From: an uncultured Candidatus Micrarchaeota archaeon
Lineage (GTDB): Archaea; Micrarchaeota; Micrarchaeia; Anstonellales; Bilamarchaeaceae
Assembly: GCA_903835385.1 (NCBI GenBank)
Contig: CAILMQ010000048.1
Location: 1-60,466 of the forward strand
DNA: 60,466 bases
Reading direction: 5' to 3'
Of this stretch, positions 18,315-27,694 are shown piece after piece (the first letter of the stretch is position 1; the number at the start of each line of letters is the position of its first letter). The notes beneath the pieces are model-generated. The model was not told the DNA's origin, did not search any database, and saw only the letters and a list, made by a program, of their open reading frames with translations. The translations under genes and the position numbers were made by a program.

Positions 18315-19721
18315 TCAGTTCCGTGCCGGCTGCAGAGCCATTAGCAGGGCGTCCAGCCTTTTTGGGCTGTTTCTTATGACTGGATTTTCGCCCAGCCTGT
18401 CCAGCACAGCATGCGCCGCGTCCTGGCTGGTGTCATACCGTGCGAATTCAGCCAGCTGCGTGATTGCCCTGACGGCTTTCGCATCGTCATTCCCCAACGA
18501 GACGCTTTTCAACGCCGATATGCGGCAGGCCTCCTGGCATAAAGCAAATCCTGCATCAGGAGAACCCGTGGTCCTGCGTCCCGCGTCTTGGTTCCCGGCT
18601 GCAACAGGCCCCAGAAGCCCGAACAACGAGTCGGTTTCTTCCAGGCTTGTTGAGTTCATGAGCTGTGCTGCGATTCTTTCTGCTTCCAGGTCGACGCCAG
18701 CGTCGGCCCTGGCTATTGAAACAGGCACTGCCGCGGTTCCCGCATCAGGTGGGAGTAAGGCCGCTGGCTTTGCCCTGGCTATCCTTGTCTTGGGTTTTGA
18801 AACAACAATCTTCCTCTCGCGCGAACCAGCAGAACCGTCGTCCCGCGTCGCCGCGGTTCCCGTGTCTGGAGTTTTTGGCAAGGCGTCCGGCGCAGGTTCA
18901 CGGGCTGGCGCGGTGCTGGTAGCTGCCGCCGGGGTTTTGGATTCAGGCTCCCTGTGCCTCAGTTTGGAAATGCCAAATGCCCCCAGCCCAGCTATTGCAA
19001 TGATTCCAACTGCAACCGCGGCCCCTTTCCACGCCTTTTTCCATGCCGTGTTCTCTGCTGCCGGATCGGCTGTTATTGGCCCTGGTTCCATAATCATTCC
19101 ATCAGGGCATGGGGCCGGGCCGGGCAGCGGTATCACGGCAGGCGGGCCATCCGTTCTTGCCGCACGCGGGCCGGTTACCGGAACATCAAGCGGCGTGGGA
19201 TGGTCCTCATCAAAGGAGCCGTGGTTTCTTGGGGCCGGCATCAGCCGCAAAGCCTCCAAACACGGTTTCAGGTTTCCTGTCAGCCTGTCCGGTTCCTGCA
19301 AAAGTTTTTCCACCGCAGGACGCGCGACGTCATAATAAGCCCTGTTCTGCATGGCTTTCCCGAGACCGGCTATGACCTCTGTTGCGAGGTCAGCCCTAAG
19401 CGAAGGAATCAACGAAGCCGCACCCTCCAGAAAATCTGCAACATTCTGGTTATACGGCGCATTATCAAGAGTTGCGAAAGTTATTCGCATCCCCTTGACT
19501 GCCTTGACGCGCTCTGGCACCGTCTCGCTGTTCGCACGCTTCACTATCCCCAGGGCATCGGCAACACTGGTTTGGCCTATTTCCATGCTCCTGAACGTGA
19601 CGGCAAAAGCAGATTCGGCGCCTTCCCTGGCGAAAGCAGTCCTCGCCGCTTCCGAACTTTTCCTCCTCTCGCGCTTTGTGGGGATGTCGTTGCCAGCGCT
19701 CGGTTCTTGTCTCTGTACCAT
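18315..19721 (-). CDS. Hypothetical single-pass membrane protein with Pro-rich linkers
   Basis: 468-aa ORF; TM GAAVAVGIIAIAGLGAFGI; helical N- and C-terminal domains. Confidence 0.7.
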   Translation of the reverse strand: MVQRQEPSAGNDIPTKRERRKSSEAARTAFAREGAESAFAVTFRSMEIGQTSVADALGIVKRANSETVPERVKAVKGMRITFATLDNAPYNQNVADFLEGAASLIPSLRADLATEVIAGLGKAMQNRAYYDVARPAVEKLLQEPDRLTGNLKPCLEALRLMPAPRNHGSFDEDHPTPLDVPVTGPRAARTDGPPAVIPLPGPAPCPDGMIMEPGPITADPAAENTAWKKAWKGAAVAVGIIAIAGLGAFGISKLRHREPESKTPAAATSTAPAREPAPDALPKTPDTGTAATRDDGSAGSRERKIVVSKPKTRIARAKPAALLPPDAGTAAVPVSIARADAGVDLEAERIAAQLMNSTSLEETDSLFGLLGPVAAGNQDAGRRTTGSPDAGFALCQEACRISALKSVSLGNDDAKAVRAITQLAEFARYDTSQDAAHAVLDRLGENPVIRNSPKRLDALLMALQPARN

Positions 19722-19726
19722 GGTTA

Positions 19727-21169
19727 CTACTCCTTTGGTCCAGCGGTCCCATCTGCAGGTTGACTCAGCCTAAAGTATGCACTGCTTGCCGCTGCGCTGA
19801 CTTCAGCCGGTATCTCCGTGCTCTGGGAAGCACTGTACAGCATATCCGTCGCGGTATGCTTGACAGGGCATCCCTCGTCTTTTGCAAGCGTTTCAAGCAC
19901 GCCAATCACAGCCAATGCCTGTGGTATCCCGCGGTCCGCGTGGCGGTTCAGGCGCTCGAACACGGACTCCGAGTCCTGGTCCCCGTATACCTTGAAATAA
20001 GCCACAACTGCTTCGAACTTGCCCTCATTTATATGATCAAAGCAATGCCCCAGGGCGAGAGGCTGGCCGAAGTCCGGTCCCTTGTCCGTAACCAGGCCAT
20101 CAGCAATCTCGGGCCCCGGTGTGTCCAAAACCGGAGCAGGCGTGCGGTCGCCTAAAACACCAGGACTTGGCGTGCCGCGGCTTAAAGCCACGGGGCCAGG
20201 AGTCGGGTCCAAATCCACTTCATGTACTTCCGCAGGCGCAGCGGTGCTTTCTCCTGCCGATGCGGTCCGCTGGGCAAGGAATTTCGCAACTGCTTTCGGG
20301 TCCAGCATGTCAAGCACTGCTTGCATGGACTTGTCCAGGGCTTCAAGCACGCCCACAACGGTTTCCTTCACGCCCAGGCCAAGCGTCTCCATCAGGTCCA
20401 TCTCTGAATATGCTTTCCCTATGAGCCGCGCGAGGCCGTCTTTAGCCTCTGCCATTATGGGCGCTTTTTCAGTGCTGCCTTCAATGGAATCGCGGGCCCT
20501 TTCGTAATTTAATGACATGCCGCACATGGTGTCCGAAGCCTGGGCAAGCAGGTCATCAGCCAAAACCCAGTGTTCCGTGCTGTATTCAAGAACCGCAACC
20601 GCCTTGCTTAAAGTATCCAAATCCGCTTCAAATCCCCTTTCAATTAACCCGCTCCTGTCGTCTTCATGGAGGGCAATGAGCGTGAAGACCGGTTCGCAGG
20701 CAACTGCTTCGGGTTCCGGCTCTGCCTCGAATCCAGCAGTGCCCATTTCGCCTGAAGCCGAGGACTTGCGCTTGTATTTCGCCAGCGCGCCTCCGAAAAC
20801 CGCCTCAATCCTTTGTCTTGCGTATGTGCGGAGATTCACCACAACCCCGTCGGTATCGCTTTTAAAGCCTGAAATCCGCTCGCGCATCAGCCTCAGTCCC
20901 TGGATGTCGCTTTCAAGGTTCGCGATGCGCTCCACCAGCATCTGCTTGGCGCCTTCAAATCCGGTTTCGCCGTCAATCTTGCACTCCACTTCTTTCAAAG
21001 CCGCAAGGGAAAGGCCGAAATGTTGTTCGGCCGCGGATATGCGCGCCATTGTTTCTCTAGAATATCTAAGGCCCTCGGCCAGCGTGCTTGTAACCCTGGC
21101 GAACCTCATTGCCGCGTTTCCCCGCGCGGAATCGATACTCGGTAGCTTCGTTTGCAATGTTTCAGCCAT
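19727..21169 (-). CDS. Hypothetical coiled-coil protein with DxTP/Pro-rich linker
   Basis: Long ORF with heptad-like segments; ends 5 bp before the next gene; alternative start 21187. Confidence 0.7.
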   Translation of the reverse strand: MAETLQTKLPSIDSARGNAAMRFARVTSTLAEGLRYSRETMARISAAEQHFGLSLAALKEVECKIDGETGFEGAKQMLVERIANLESDIQGLRLMRERISGFKSDTDGVVVNLRTYARQRIEAVFGGALAKYKRKSSASGEMGTAGFEAEPEPEAVACEPVFTLIALHEDDRSGLIERGFEADLDTLSKAVAVLEYSTEHWVLADDLLAQASDTMCGMSLNYERARDSIEGSTEKAPIMAEAKDGLARLIGKAYSEMDLMETLGLGVKETVVGVLEALDKSMQAVLDMLDPKAVAKFLAQRTASAGESTAAPAEVHEVDLDPTPGPVALSRGTPSPGVLGDRTPAPVLDTPGPEIADGLVTDKGPDFGQPLALGHCFDHINEGKFEAVVAYFKVYGDQDSESVFERLNRHADRGIPQALAVIGVLETLAKDEGCPVKHTATDMLYSASQSTEIPAEVSAAASSAYFRLSQPADGTAGPKE

Positions 21170-21278
21170 GTATCTCAACCTCTCCATTTCTCATTAATAT
21201 AATTTGTCCTTGCTGTTAGATTATGTAAGAAGGGTTTAAATAACATATACACAGCCAATCCCACATCTCTGACGACCG

Positions 21279-21707
21279 TTAAACAGCCGGTTTCCCGCTG
21301 CGCAGCCATGCCGCGTTCTTGCCGAGTTTCTGGTCCTTGGCGTCCTCCAGGGACAGCCACCTGAAGCCCGAGAATTCCGGCGCCGGTTTCGCCCTCATGC
21401 TTTTGGCAGTCACCTTGAAAACAAGGCAGGGCACCATGAACCTGCGCTTCCTGGAGCCTGCGTTGTACCTTCCTTCCAGGACTATCTCGTGCACCTGGCC
21501 GTCTATGCCTGTCAGCCTTGGGAACGCCTCCTTTATGTCCGCGAACGGGCTCCTGCCTGACGGAACTATCACGCACGGCATCTCAATCCATTCCACTGCG
21601 TTGTCGTCCCTGCGGACAAGGAAAAGAACCCTGCCCCCATCCTCCAGCATGCCGCAGGCGAGCGCTTTCGGAAGCCTCGTTCCGGTCTGGACCCTTCGGC
21701 GCCCCAT
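21279..21707 (-). CDS. NUDIX-fold-like protein with degenerate Nudix box
   Basis: GRVLFLVR..EWIEMP..LTGI..EFSGFRWLSLED pattern; Nudix glutamates not evident. Confidence 0.6.
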   Translation of the reverse strand: MGRRRVQTGTRLPKALACGMLEDGGRVLFLVRRDDNAVEWIEMPCVIVPSGRSPFADIKEAFPRLTGIDGQVHEIVLEGRYNAGSRKRRFMVPCLVFKVTAKSMRAKPAPEFSGFRWLSLEDAKDQKLGKNAAWLRSGKPAV

Positions 21708-21715
21708 CAGACCAG

Positions 21716-22900
21716 CTACTCGTAGGTCCTCGCCCACATCTCCTTCGCGAGCTTGCCTTTGTACATGAACGTGTCAACGTCCTTGGCCGCGCCCTTTTTC
21801 CCCTCGCGGAAGTCCCTGAGGAACGCGTTTATTTTTTCTATGAGCAGCGCCTTCATCTCGCCGCTGAGCATCTTCCCGGAGCGATAGTCGTCATGAACCT
21901 GCTTCAGTTTCGCGTCGTCCGGCTCGAACATGATGGAGAGCCACTGGTAGGGCACGTCGATATCCGGGTCGCCCCCCAGTTTCCTGTGCTCCTCCACGCT
22001 CGGCCTTCCGCCGGAGAACGCGTATTTGTTTATCTTGTTCTTCACGGTCTTCTCGTCGTCCGTGAGCAGTATCGCGGTCTCCTGGCCGGCACTGGAGCTC
22101 ATCTTGCCCGTCACGCCCTGCAGCGGGGGCATGAACTTGCTGTGTATCGCCGCGGTCTTGTAGTAGCCGAGGCCTTCGGCAATGTCCCGCTGTATCCTCC
22201 AGTAGGGGTCCTGGTCAATCGCGCAGGGGATTAGGCACCTTTTTTTCTCGAAAAAGGTCGGTATGGTCTGGTAAACCGGATACATGGACAGCCCCACGTT
22301 GGTGGAGTCGTCAAAGCCGAAAACCGCCTTCACCGTGGAGCCCGTGACCTTCCTCGCCGCCTTCAGGAGAAGCGGATAGACGTTCCTGACGTATTCCGTG
22401 TTCCTGAAGATGAAAGTCCGTTCCGGGTCGAAACCCAGCGCGATTATGTCGAGGACGTTGTCCTTTGCCGCGGCCTGGACATCCTCCCATTCGTATTTTT
22501 TGTGCAAGAACCCCTCGTCATCGGTTATCTCTATGTAAAGGTTGCACTTGAAGCGCTCCTGGAGCCATTTGGTGAGCACCATGGGGACAAGATGCCCGAT
22601 GTGCATGCCCTTGCTGGGCTTCCTTCCGGTGTAGAGGAAAAAGCCCTTTCCCTGCTCGTGGTCCTTGAGCACAAGGTCGAGGTCGCGGTGCGAGAAGAAA
22701 AAATCCCTGCGCAGCATGTGGTGGAGGCCGCTTCCGTAGTCCTTGTGCAGCCGCTCTTTCAACTCCGGCGTTATCCTGCTGGTCCCGAACTGCCTGGTGA
22801 GCTTGTCGTAATCTATCGCCCCGGAAACCTCCCATGGGGTGACCTTGAACTCATCAGTGGCCCCTACATTTTCTCGTAACTCGAGCTTGTGCTCTGCCAT
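21716..22900 (-). CDS. trpS: Tryptophan--tRNA ligase (archaeal/eukaryotic type)
   Basis: VTPWEV, YTGRKPS..MHIGH, AIDQDPY, KMSSS, AFSGG. Confidence 0.97.
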   Translation of the reverse strand: MAEHKLELRENVGATDEFKVTPWEVSGAIDYDKLTRQFGTSRITPELKERLHKDYGSGLHHMLRRDFFFSHRDLDLVLKDHEQGKGFFLYTGRKPSKGMHIGHLVPMVLTKWLQERFKCNLYIEITDDEGFLHKKYEWEDVQAAAKDNVLDIIALGFDPERTFIFRNTEYVRNVYPLLLKAARKVTGSTVKAVFGFDDSTNVGLSMYPVYQTIPTFFEKKRCLIPCAIDQDPYWRIQRDIAEGLGYYKTAAIHSKFMPPLQGVTGKMSSSAGQETAILLTDDEKTVKNKINKYAFSGGRPSVEEHRKLGGDPDIDVPYQWLSIMFEPDDAKLKQVHDDYRSGKMLSGEMKALLIEKINAFLRDFREGKKGAAKDVDTFMYKGKLAKEMWARTYE

Positions 22901-22923
22901 GGCAGGAATAACGCGGAATGAGA

Positions 22924-23259
22924 TTAAAAAACTAACAGTAATCCCGCCATAAATGACGCCGCGTTGCACAGGAAGCTGGTCCTGAGCGCATCAACCCAAT
23001 TCATGCCCGGGAACAGCGCGCGGTAAACCCCGGCTTCCACGACAAAGGCGAAAATCTCGGCGAGCGCCGTCAGTAGCGCCCAGGACCCGGGACCCAAGAC
23101 CGGAAACACGAACCACACGAACGGAAGCGTGAGCGTGCTCGCCAGGACCGAATTGCGCGCTATGAGCATTGGATCGAACCTGTTCCTGAGAAGGAGAAAC
23201 GCAATCGCGGTCTCGATGCCGACGGTGAGGACGTAAGCCCCGATGAAGCCCAGCATCAT
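22924..23259 (-). CDS. Small 4-TM membrane protein
   Basis: Hydrophobic, with LTxxIE, N..TLP and AE..A..VE; overlaps upstream gene by 4 bp. Confidence 0.75.
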   Translation of the reverse strand: MMLGFIGAYVLTVGIETAIAFLLLRNRFDPMLIARNSVLASTLTLPFVWFVFPVLGPGSWALLTALAEIFAFVVEAGVYRALFPGMNWVDALRTSFLCNAASFMAGLLLVF

Positions 23260-23768
23260 TCCTTCCCCGCAAGGAACGCAATCGTTGCAAGCGCGGAAAG
23301 CACGAGCGAAGGCATGAAGCAGGATAGCGGATAAGGGATGTTAGAAGTGTTTGCGCTCTTTATCTTTCCGCTTTCCGAATCCACCACGAACGAATACCCG
23401 CTCGCTCCGGAACTGTTGTTGATGGTGTTGTTGAAATAATCCGTGCTTATCATCCGCCCGTTCGACTCATAGGAAAAGTACCCTTCAGGAAAATCATAGC
23501 AGGGATTGAACTTGTAGAACCACGAGCCGTCGTTCCTGCATTTCCCGCCCGTGCAGGGCAGGTCCGCGAGCCTTTGCGTAACGGCGCCGTTGTCCGATGC
23601 GTTGCTTCCCATGCAGTGATAAGTGAGCAACGCAACCCCGGAGTCCGGCGTTCCGTCGCTTTTCTGCACGTACACCGCAACGTCCGGGGACGGCGGCGAA
23701 GGGCCCACGTCAGCAAAGCACAGGGAAACGATGAGCAATGCAACAGCCAGCAAAACAAAGAGTCTCAT
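23256..23768 (-). CDS. Secreted protein with C-terminal Cys-containing anchor
   Basis: Signal peptide ending FA|DVGP; C-terminal SCFMPSLVLSALATIAFLAGKE. Confidence 0.8.
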   Translation of the reverse strand: MRLFVLLAVALLIVSLCFADVGPSPPSPDVAVYVQKSDGTPDSGVALLTYHCMGSNASDNGAVTQRLADLPCTGGKCRNDGSWFYKFNPCYDFPEGYFSYESNGRMISTDYFNNTINNSSGASGYSFVVDSESGKIKSANTSNIPYPLSCFMPSLVLSALATIAFLAGKE

Positions 23769-23777
23769 TCCATCTCC

Positions 23778-23909
23778 TCACGAATCCGTGCAGTCCCTTT
23801 TGTGGCCGCACCTTGGGCAGCTCACGCTGCAGACGTTCTTCGGCAGTTCCTTGCCGCAATTCTCGCAAAGCGCCTTGTCAGGGGCGCAACACCCACAGCC
23901 CAATCCCAT
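23778..23909 (-). CDS. Small CPxCG-type zinc-finger protein (43 aa)
   Basis: CENCG and CPRCG motifs, 8 Cys. Confidence 0.7.
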   Translation of the reverse strand: MGLGCGCCAPDKALCENCGKELPKNVCSVSCPRCGHKRDCTDS

Positions 23910-23926
23910 TGTCATCAACCAGTATA

Positions 23927-24814
23927 TTACTTCTGGAAAAAATATAAAGCCAGCCGCTTGCTCACCAGAATGGACAGCGCGATGGCGGCGGCGAGGATTG
24001 CGAGCGAAACAACGACGCCCTGCCCCAGGATGCTCCATTTCCCGAGGGCAGTCTTCATCACGGATTCGTGGAATAGGAATATCTCGAACGTGTTCGCCGC
24101 CATGACGACCAGGGCGCCGGGCAGGGAAGCCACTTTGCCTCCCAGGCTTCCAAGAAGCATGAACAGCACGAAGGGAAGCACCATGAGCGGGTTGTTAAGC
24201 GCGCTCAGGAGCGCTAGCATGAGCACCAGCGGCCTCTTCTCGCCGTGTGCGATTGCGATGCCGAAGCAGAACTCCCCGAGGAAGAAAATAGGGGAGAAAT
24301 CGACCCACGCCGGCTGGAGCAGGTACCTGTTCGCGACCATCAGCAGGAACGCGGGAAGCAGGAACCAGGAGCTCTTCCTCATGAAGCGGTTCAGGATGGG
24401 GAACAGGATGTATAACCCCATGAGCGGCACTAAGAACCAGGCAGGGCTGATTATGGAATAAGATAAGTCTGGCGAGAGCCAGTTCAGGAAAAGGAAATGC
24501 AGGCCGAGGTCCTTTATCCTGCTGTTTATGTCCTCGCTTATGAAAAGCAGCGACACGCAGATGAGCGCAGGGTAGTAGAGCGCCGCAATCCTCAGCCATC
24601 TCTTCCTGAGCCAGTTGATGCTGAAGCGCTCCAGCTGAGCGTACTTCATGGCAAGCATGTACCCGCTGGCTATGAAAAAAAGCGAGACCCCGAAGAATCC
24701 GATCACCCGGAGGTTATCGTCAAGGGTGAACTCGTAGGCCACGTGGAAGCCGACAATCAGGAGTATGGCTATTACCCTCGCGATGTCCACCCATGCGATG
24801 CGCCCGTCCGCCAT
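23927..24814 (-). CDS. Acyltransferase-3 (OafA-like) membrane O-acyltransferase
   Basis: RIAWVDIARVIAILLIVGFH, GVSLFFIASGY, RWLRI, W(F)L..LY..FP. Confidence 0.88.
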   Translation of the reverse strand: MADGRIAWVDIARVIAILLIVGFHVAYEFTLDDNLRVIGFFGVSLFFIASGYMLAMKYAQLERFSINWLRKRWLRIAALYYPALICVSLLFISEDINSRIKDLGLHFLFLNWLSPDLSYSIISPAWFLVPLMGLYILFPILNRFMRKSSWFLLPAFLLMVANRYLLQPAWVDFSPIFFLGEFCFGIAIAHGEKRPLVLMLALLSALNNPLMVLPFVLFMLLGSLGGKVASLPGALVVMAANTFEIFLFHESVMKTALGKWSILGQGVVVSLAILAAAIALSILVSKRLALYFFQK

Positions 24815-24858
24815 ACGATGGGAATGACCGGAAGGCAATAAAAAGCCGGGCGCCGGTA

Positions 24859-24901
24859 TTTAAAAATGGTTCATATTATTAACAATCCATATATTGAACC
24901 A
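24859..24901 (+). promoter_or_regulatory. TATA box plus inverted repeat, candidate MarR operator
   Basis: TTTAAAAA 24859-24866 followed by TGGTTCA (24867-24873) and TGAACCA (24895-24901). Confidence 0.5.
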
Positions 24902-24925
24902 AGAATTTAACCGAGAGACGAGCCC

Positions 24926-25369
24926 GTGACTGATTCAAAAAAAGACCGCATAGCCGAGAACCTGTCATCCCTCGTGCGCCTGTTCCACATCATGCGCGCC
25001 AGGGCCTGCCGGAAGGGCGAGTCGCCGCTCGGGCCAGAGTACTGGACGCTCATATTCCTAAGCGAGGAGGAGCTGCCAATATCCGAGCTGGGGAGAAGGC
25101 TCCAGCGCTCCAAGTCCAACATGACGGCGATGATGGACCGGATGATGAAGGAAAACCTGGTGAGGCGCTCCCATGACCGCGGCGACCGCAGGGTCGTCAA
25201 AATATCCATCACCGCGGGCGGCAGGGCGTACCTGAAGGAGAAGCGGGCCCAGATGAAGGACAGCATAAAGAGGAGCCTCACGATGCTGCGCGAGCCGGAG
25301 CTGGATTCGCTCTGCGCGTCGCTGGACAGCGTGGGGCGCATAGCCGCGAAGCTGGAGAGGATGGCATGA
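24926..25369 (+). CDS. MarR-family transcriptional regulator
   Basis: ISELGRRL..SKSNMTAMMDRM...LVRR...DRRVVKISITAGG. Confidence 0.92.
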   Translation: MTDSKKDRIAENLSSLVRLFHIMRARACRKGESPLGPEYWTLIFLSEEELPISELGRRLQRSKSNMTAMMDRMMKENLVRRSHDRGDRRVVKISITAGGRAYLKEKRAQMKDSIKRSLTMLREPELDSLCASLDSVGRIAAKLERMA

Positions 25370-26160
25370 CCGGGACCAATGACGCAATCACTGGGCCAGC
25401 TCAGGCGGCACAAGCGCCGCTCACACGGGCCGCACCGGAGGCCGCACAAGCCGCCCAGGCGCCGCCCCATGCCGTCCGCGGAACCACAGCCCCTCCTGCG
25501 GCCCATCATCACGCGCCGGAGCAGGGTAAGCCGGGCATCATCACAATGATAAAGCAGCATCCGCTGGCCGCGGACGCGGTTTTCGTATTCGTGCTGCTGC
25601 TCCTGGTCGGAGGGTTCCTCTACTGGCACGACATGTCTGGCAAGATATACATCGAGAAGGCGCAGATAAGCGCGCCCGTGATAGAGATAAGCCCGTCAAT
25701 GCCAGGAGTGATAGACAAGTTCTACGTGCAGGAGGGCGACGAGGTCTCCCAGGGGCAGAAGCTCGCCAAGGTCGGGGACGAAACAATCACGGCCAGGACC
25801 GCCGGCGTCGTCACCTGGATACAGAACACACCGGGCCAGATGGCCAGCCCCGGGCAGCCGATAGTCAAGATGATAGACCCGCGCGAGTTCAGGGTCGTCG
25901 GCCGCATAGAGGAGGACAAGGGACTTGCGGACATAAAGCCGGGCCAGAAGGTCGCATTCACGGTTGACGCGTTCCCGGGCAGGCAATACTCCGGCGTGGT
26001 TGACTCGGTAGGGGCCGCGGCAAGGGATTCCGACATAGTGTTCAGCATCTCGGACCAGCGCCAGGAGCGCGAGTTCGACGTGAACGCGGTTTTCGACGTG
26101 CGCGCCTACTCCGAGCTCAAGAACGGCATGTCCGCCAAGATGTGGGTGTACAAGTCCTAG
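25366..26160 (+). CDS. HlyD/EmrA-like membrane fusion protein lacking the alpha-hairpin
   Basis: Single TM; lipoyl halves (VQEGDEVSQGQKL / ITARTAGVV) directly joined; IKPGQKVAFTVDAFP, LKNGMSA. Confidence 0.85.
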   Translation: MTGTNDAITGPAQAAQAPLTRAAPEAAQAAQAPPHAVRGTTAPPAAHHHAPEQGKPGIITMIKQHPLAADAVFVFVLLLLVGGFLYWHDMSGKIYIEKAQISAPVIEISPSMPGVIDKFYVQEGDEVSQGQKLAKVGDETITARTAGVVTWIQNTPGQMASPGQPIVKMIDPREFRVVGRIEEDKGLADIKPGQKVAFTVDAFPGRQYSGVVDSVGAAARDSDIVFSISDQRQEREFDVNAVFDVRAYSELKNGMSAKMWVYKS

Positions 26161-26192
26161 CCGCGCTCGCGTGGCAAAGGCCGCTGATTCTT

Positions 26193-27671
26193 ATGGACAG
26201 GAACGACGCCCGCTGGCTCATACTGCTGACCGTGATAATCGGCACGTTCCTGGGCAGGCTTGACCAGACCATCGTCAACCTCGCGCTCCCCAAGATAATT
26301 GGGGATTTTTCCATAACCGTTTCCCAGGCAGGCTGGATAGCGACCGCCTACATACTGGCGAACGCGGTGTTCGTGCCTGTGTGGGGCAAGCTCGGGGACA
26401 CCATAGGCAGGAAGAAGGTGTACATCTGGGGTTTCAGCATATTCATAGTGGGCTCCATCCTAGCCGGCCTGGCGTGGAACCTGAATTCCATGATAGTGTT
26501 CAGGATAATCCAGGCCATAGCCGGCTCAGCCGACTACCCCACCGCCATGGCAATCCTGGCGGTTACCTTCAGGGAGCCCAAGGAGCGGGCAGAGGCGCTG
26601 GGCATATGGTCCGCATCCTTCGCCGCGGCCACGGTTTTCGGCCCGCTCATAGGAGGCCCGCTCATAGACACGTTCGGCTGGCGCTCGGTGTTCCTGGTCA
26701 ACCTGCCCATAGGCATAATCGGCCTGGTCATGGCCTCGGTTTTCATAAGTGAGTCCGTGTCAGAGAGGAAGACCGTGAAATTCGACATCGAGGGCGCGCT
26801 GACGCTGGGCATAGCGCTTTCCGCGCTGGTGCTCGTGCTTGACCAGGGGCAGGGCTGGGGCTGGCTCTCCAACAACTCGCTGTTTTGCTACGCCGCAATG
26901 GTGGTTTTCGGCTATGCGTTCTACCGCATAGACAGGGTGCATCCGGAACCGATTGTGGATTTCAAGTTCTTCAGAATCAGCGCTTTCAACGGCGCGCTCA
27001 TCAACAACTTCGTGGTGTTCATGGGCATGATGGGCGGTGTTTTCCTCATTCCGGTCTTCGCCCAGGCATTCCTCGGCCTGGACGCCACATCCACAGGGTT
27101 CCTTTTCATGCCCATGGCATTCTGCATGATGATCGCCGCCCCGCTCGGGAGCGCGCTCATGGGAAGGGTACAGCCCAAATACGTCATCGCCGCAAGCACC
27201 CTGGTGGCAGGCGCCGGCATCTTCCTTTTCACGGGCCTGGACCCCCGCTCGGGGCCAATTGACATAGTGCTGCCCATATCCATAATGGCGTTCGGCATGG
27301 GTTTCGGCATGGCCCAGCGCACCAACATCATCGCCTCCGCCGTGCCTGCCGAGGAAATAGGCATAGCCTCGTCCGTGCTCGCCCTCGCGCGGAACATCGC
27401 CGGCGCATTCGGAATCGCGCTGTTCTCCACGCTACTGACCAACTCCGCGGAGAGCAATCTCATCAGCATATCCCAGAACAGCTTCATCCACACCGCGGAC
27501 CCGCTCATACGGGCGCAGTTCGTCGCGCTCATGGAGCTCAAGGCGCAGATACTGGCCTACCACACGGTCTTCATAGTGGCGGCGGCCATCATCACGGCAG
27601 GAGGAATAATCGCGCTTTTCACGCTGAACGTGAAGGAAAAGAAGAGCGGCGTGGAAGTTTTTATTGAATGA
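26193..27671 (+). CDS. DHA2 (EmrB/QacA-like) MFS efflux transporter
   Basis: LDQTIVNLALP, GKLGDTIGRKK motif A, GPLIGG..WRSVFLVNLPIG. Confidence 0.93.
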   Translation: MDRNDARWLILLTVIIGTFLGRLDQTIVNLALPKIIGDFSITVSQAGWIATAYILANAVFVPVWGKLGDTIGRKKVYIWGFSIFIVGSILAGLAWNLNSMIVFRIIQAIAGSADYPTAMAILAVTFREPKERAEALGIWSASFAAATVFGPLIGGPLIDTFGWRSVFLVNLPIGIIGLVMASVFISESVSERKTVKFDIEGALTLGIALSALVLVLDQGQGWGWLSNNSLFCYAAMVVFGYAFYRIDRVHPEPIVDFKFFRISAFNGALINNFVVFMGMMGGVFLIPVFAQAFLGLDATSTGFLFMPMAFCMMIAAPLGSALMGRVQPKYVIAASTLVAGAGIFLFTGLDPRSGPIDIVLPISIMAFGMGFGMAQRTNIIASAVPAEEIGIASSVLALARNIAGAFGIALFSTLLTNSAESNLISISQNSFIHTADPLIRAQFVALMELKAQILAYHTVFIVAAAIITAGGIIALFTLNVKEKKSGVEVFIE

Positions 27672-27694
27672 AATAAAAATAAAAAAAAGGAAGG

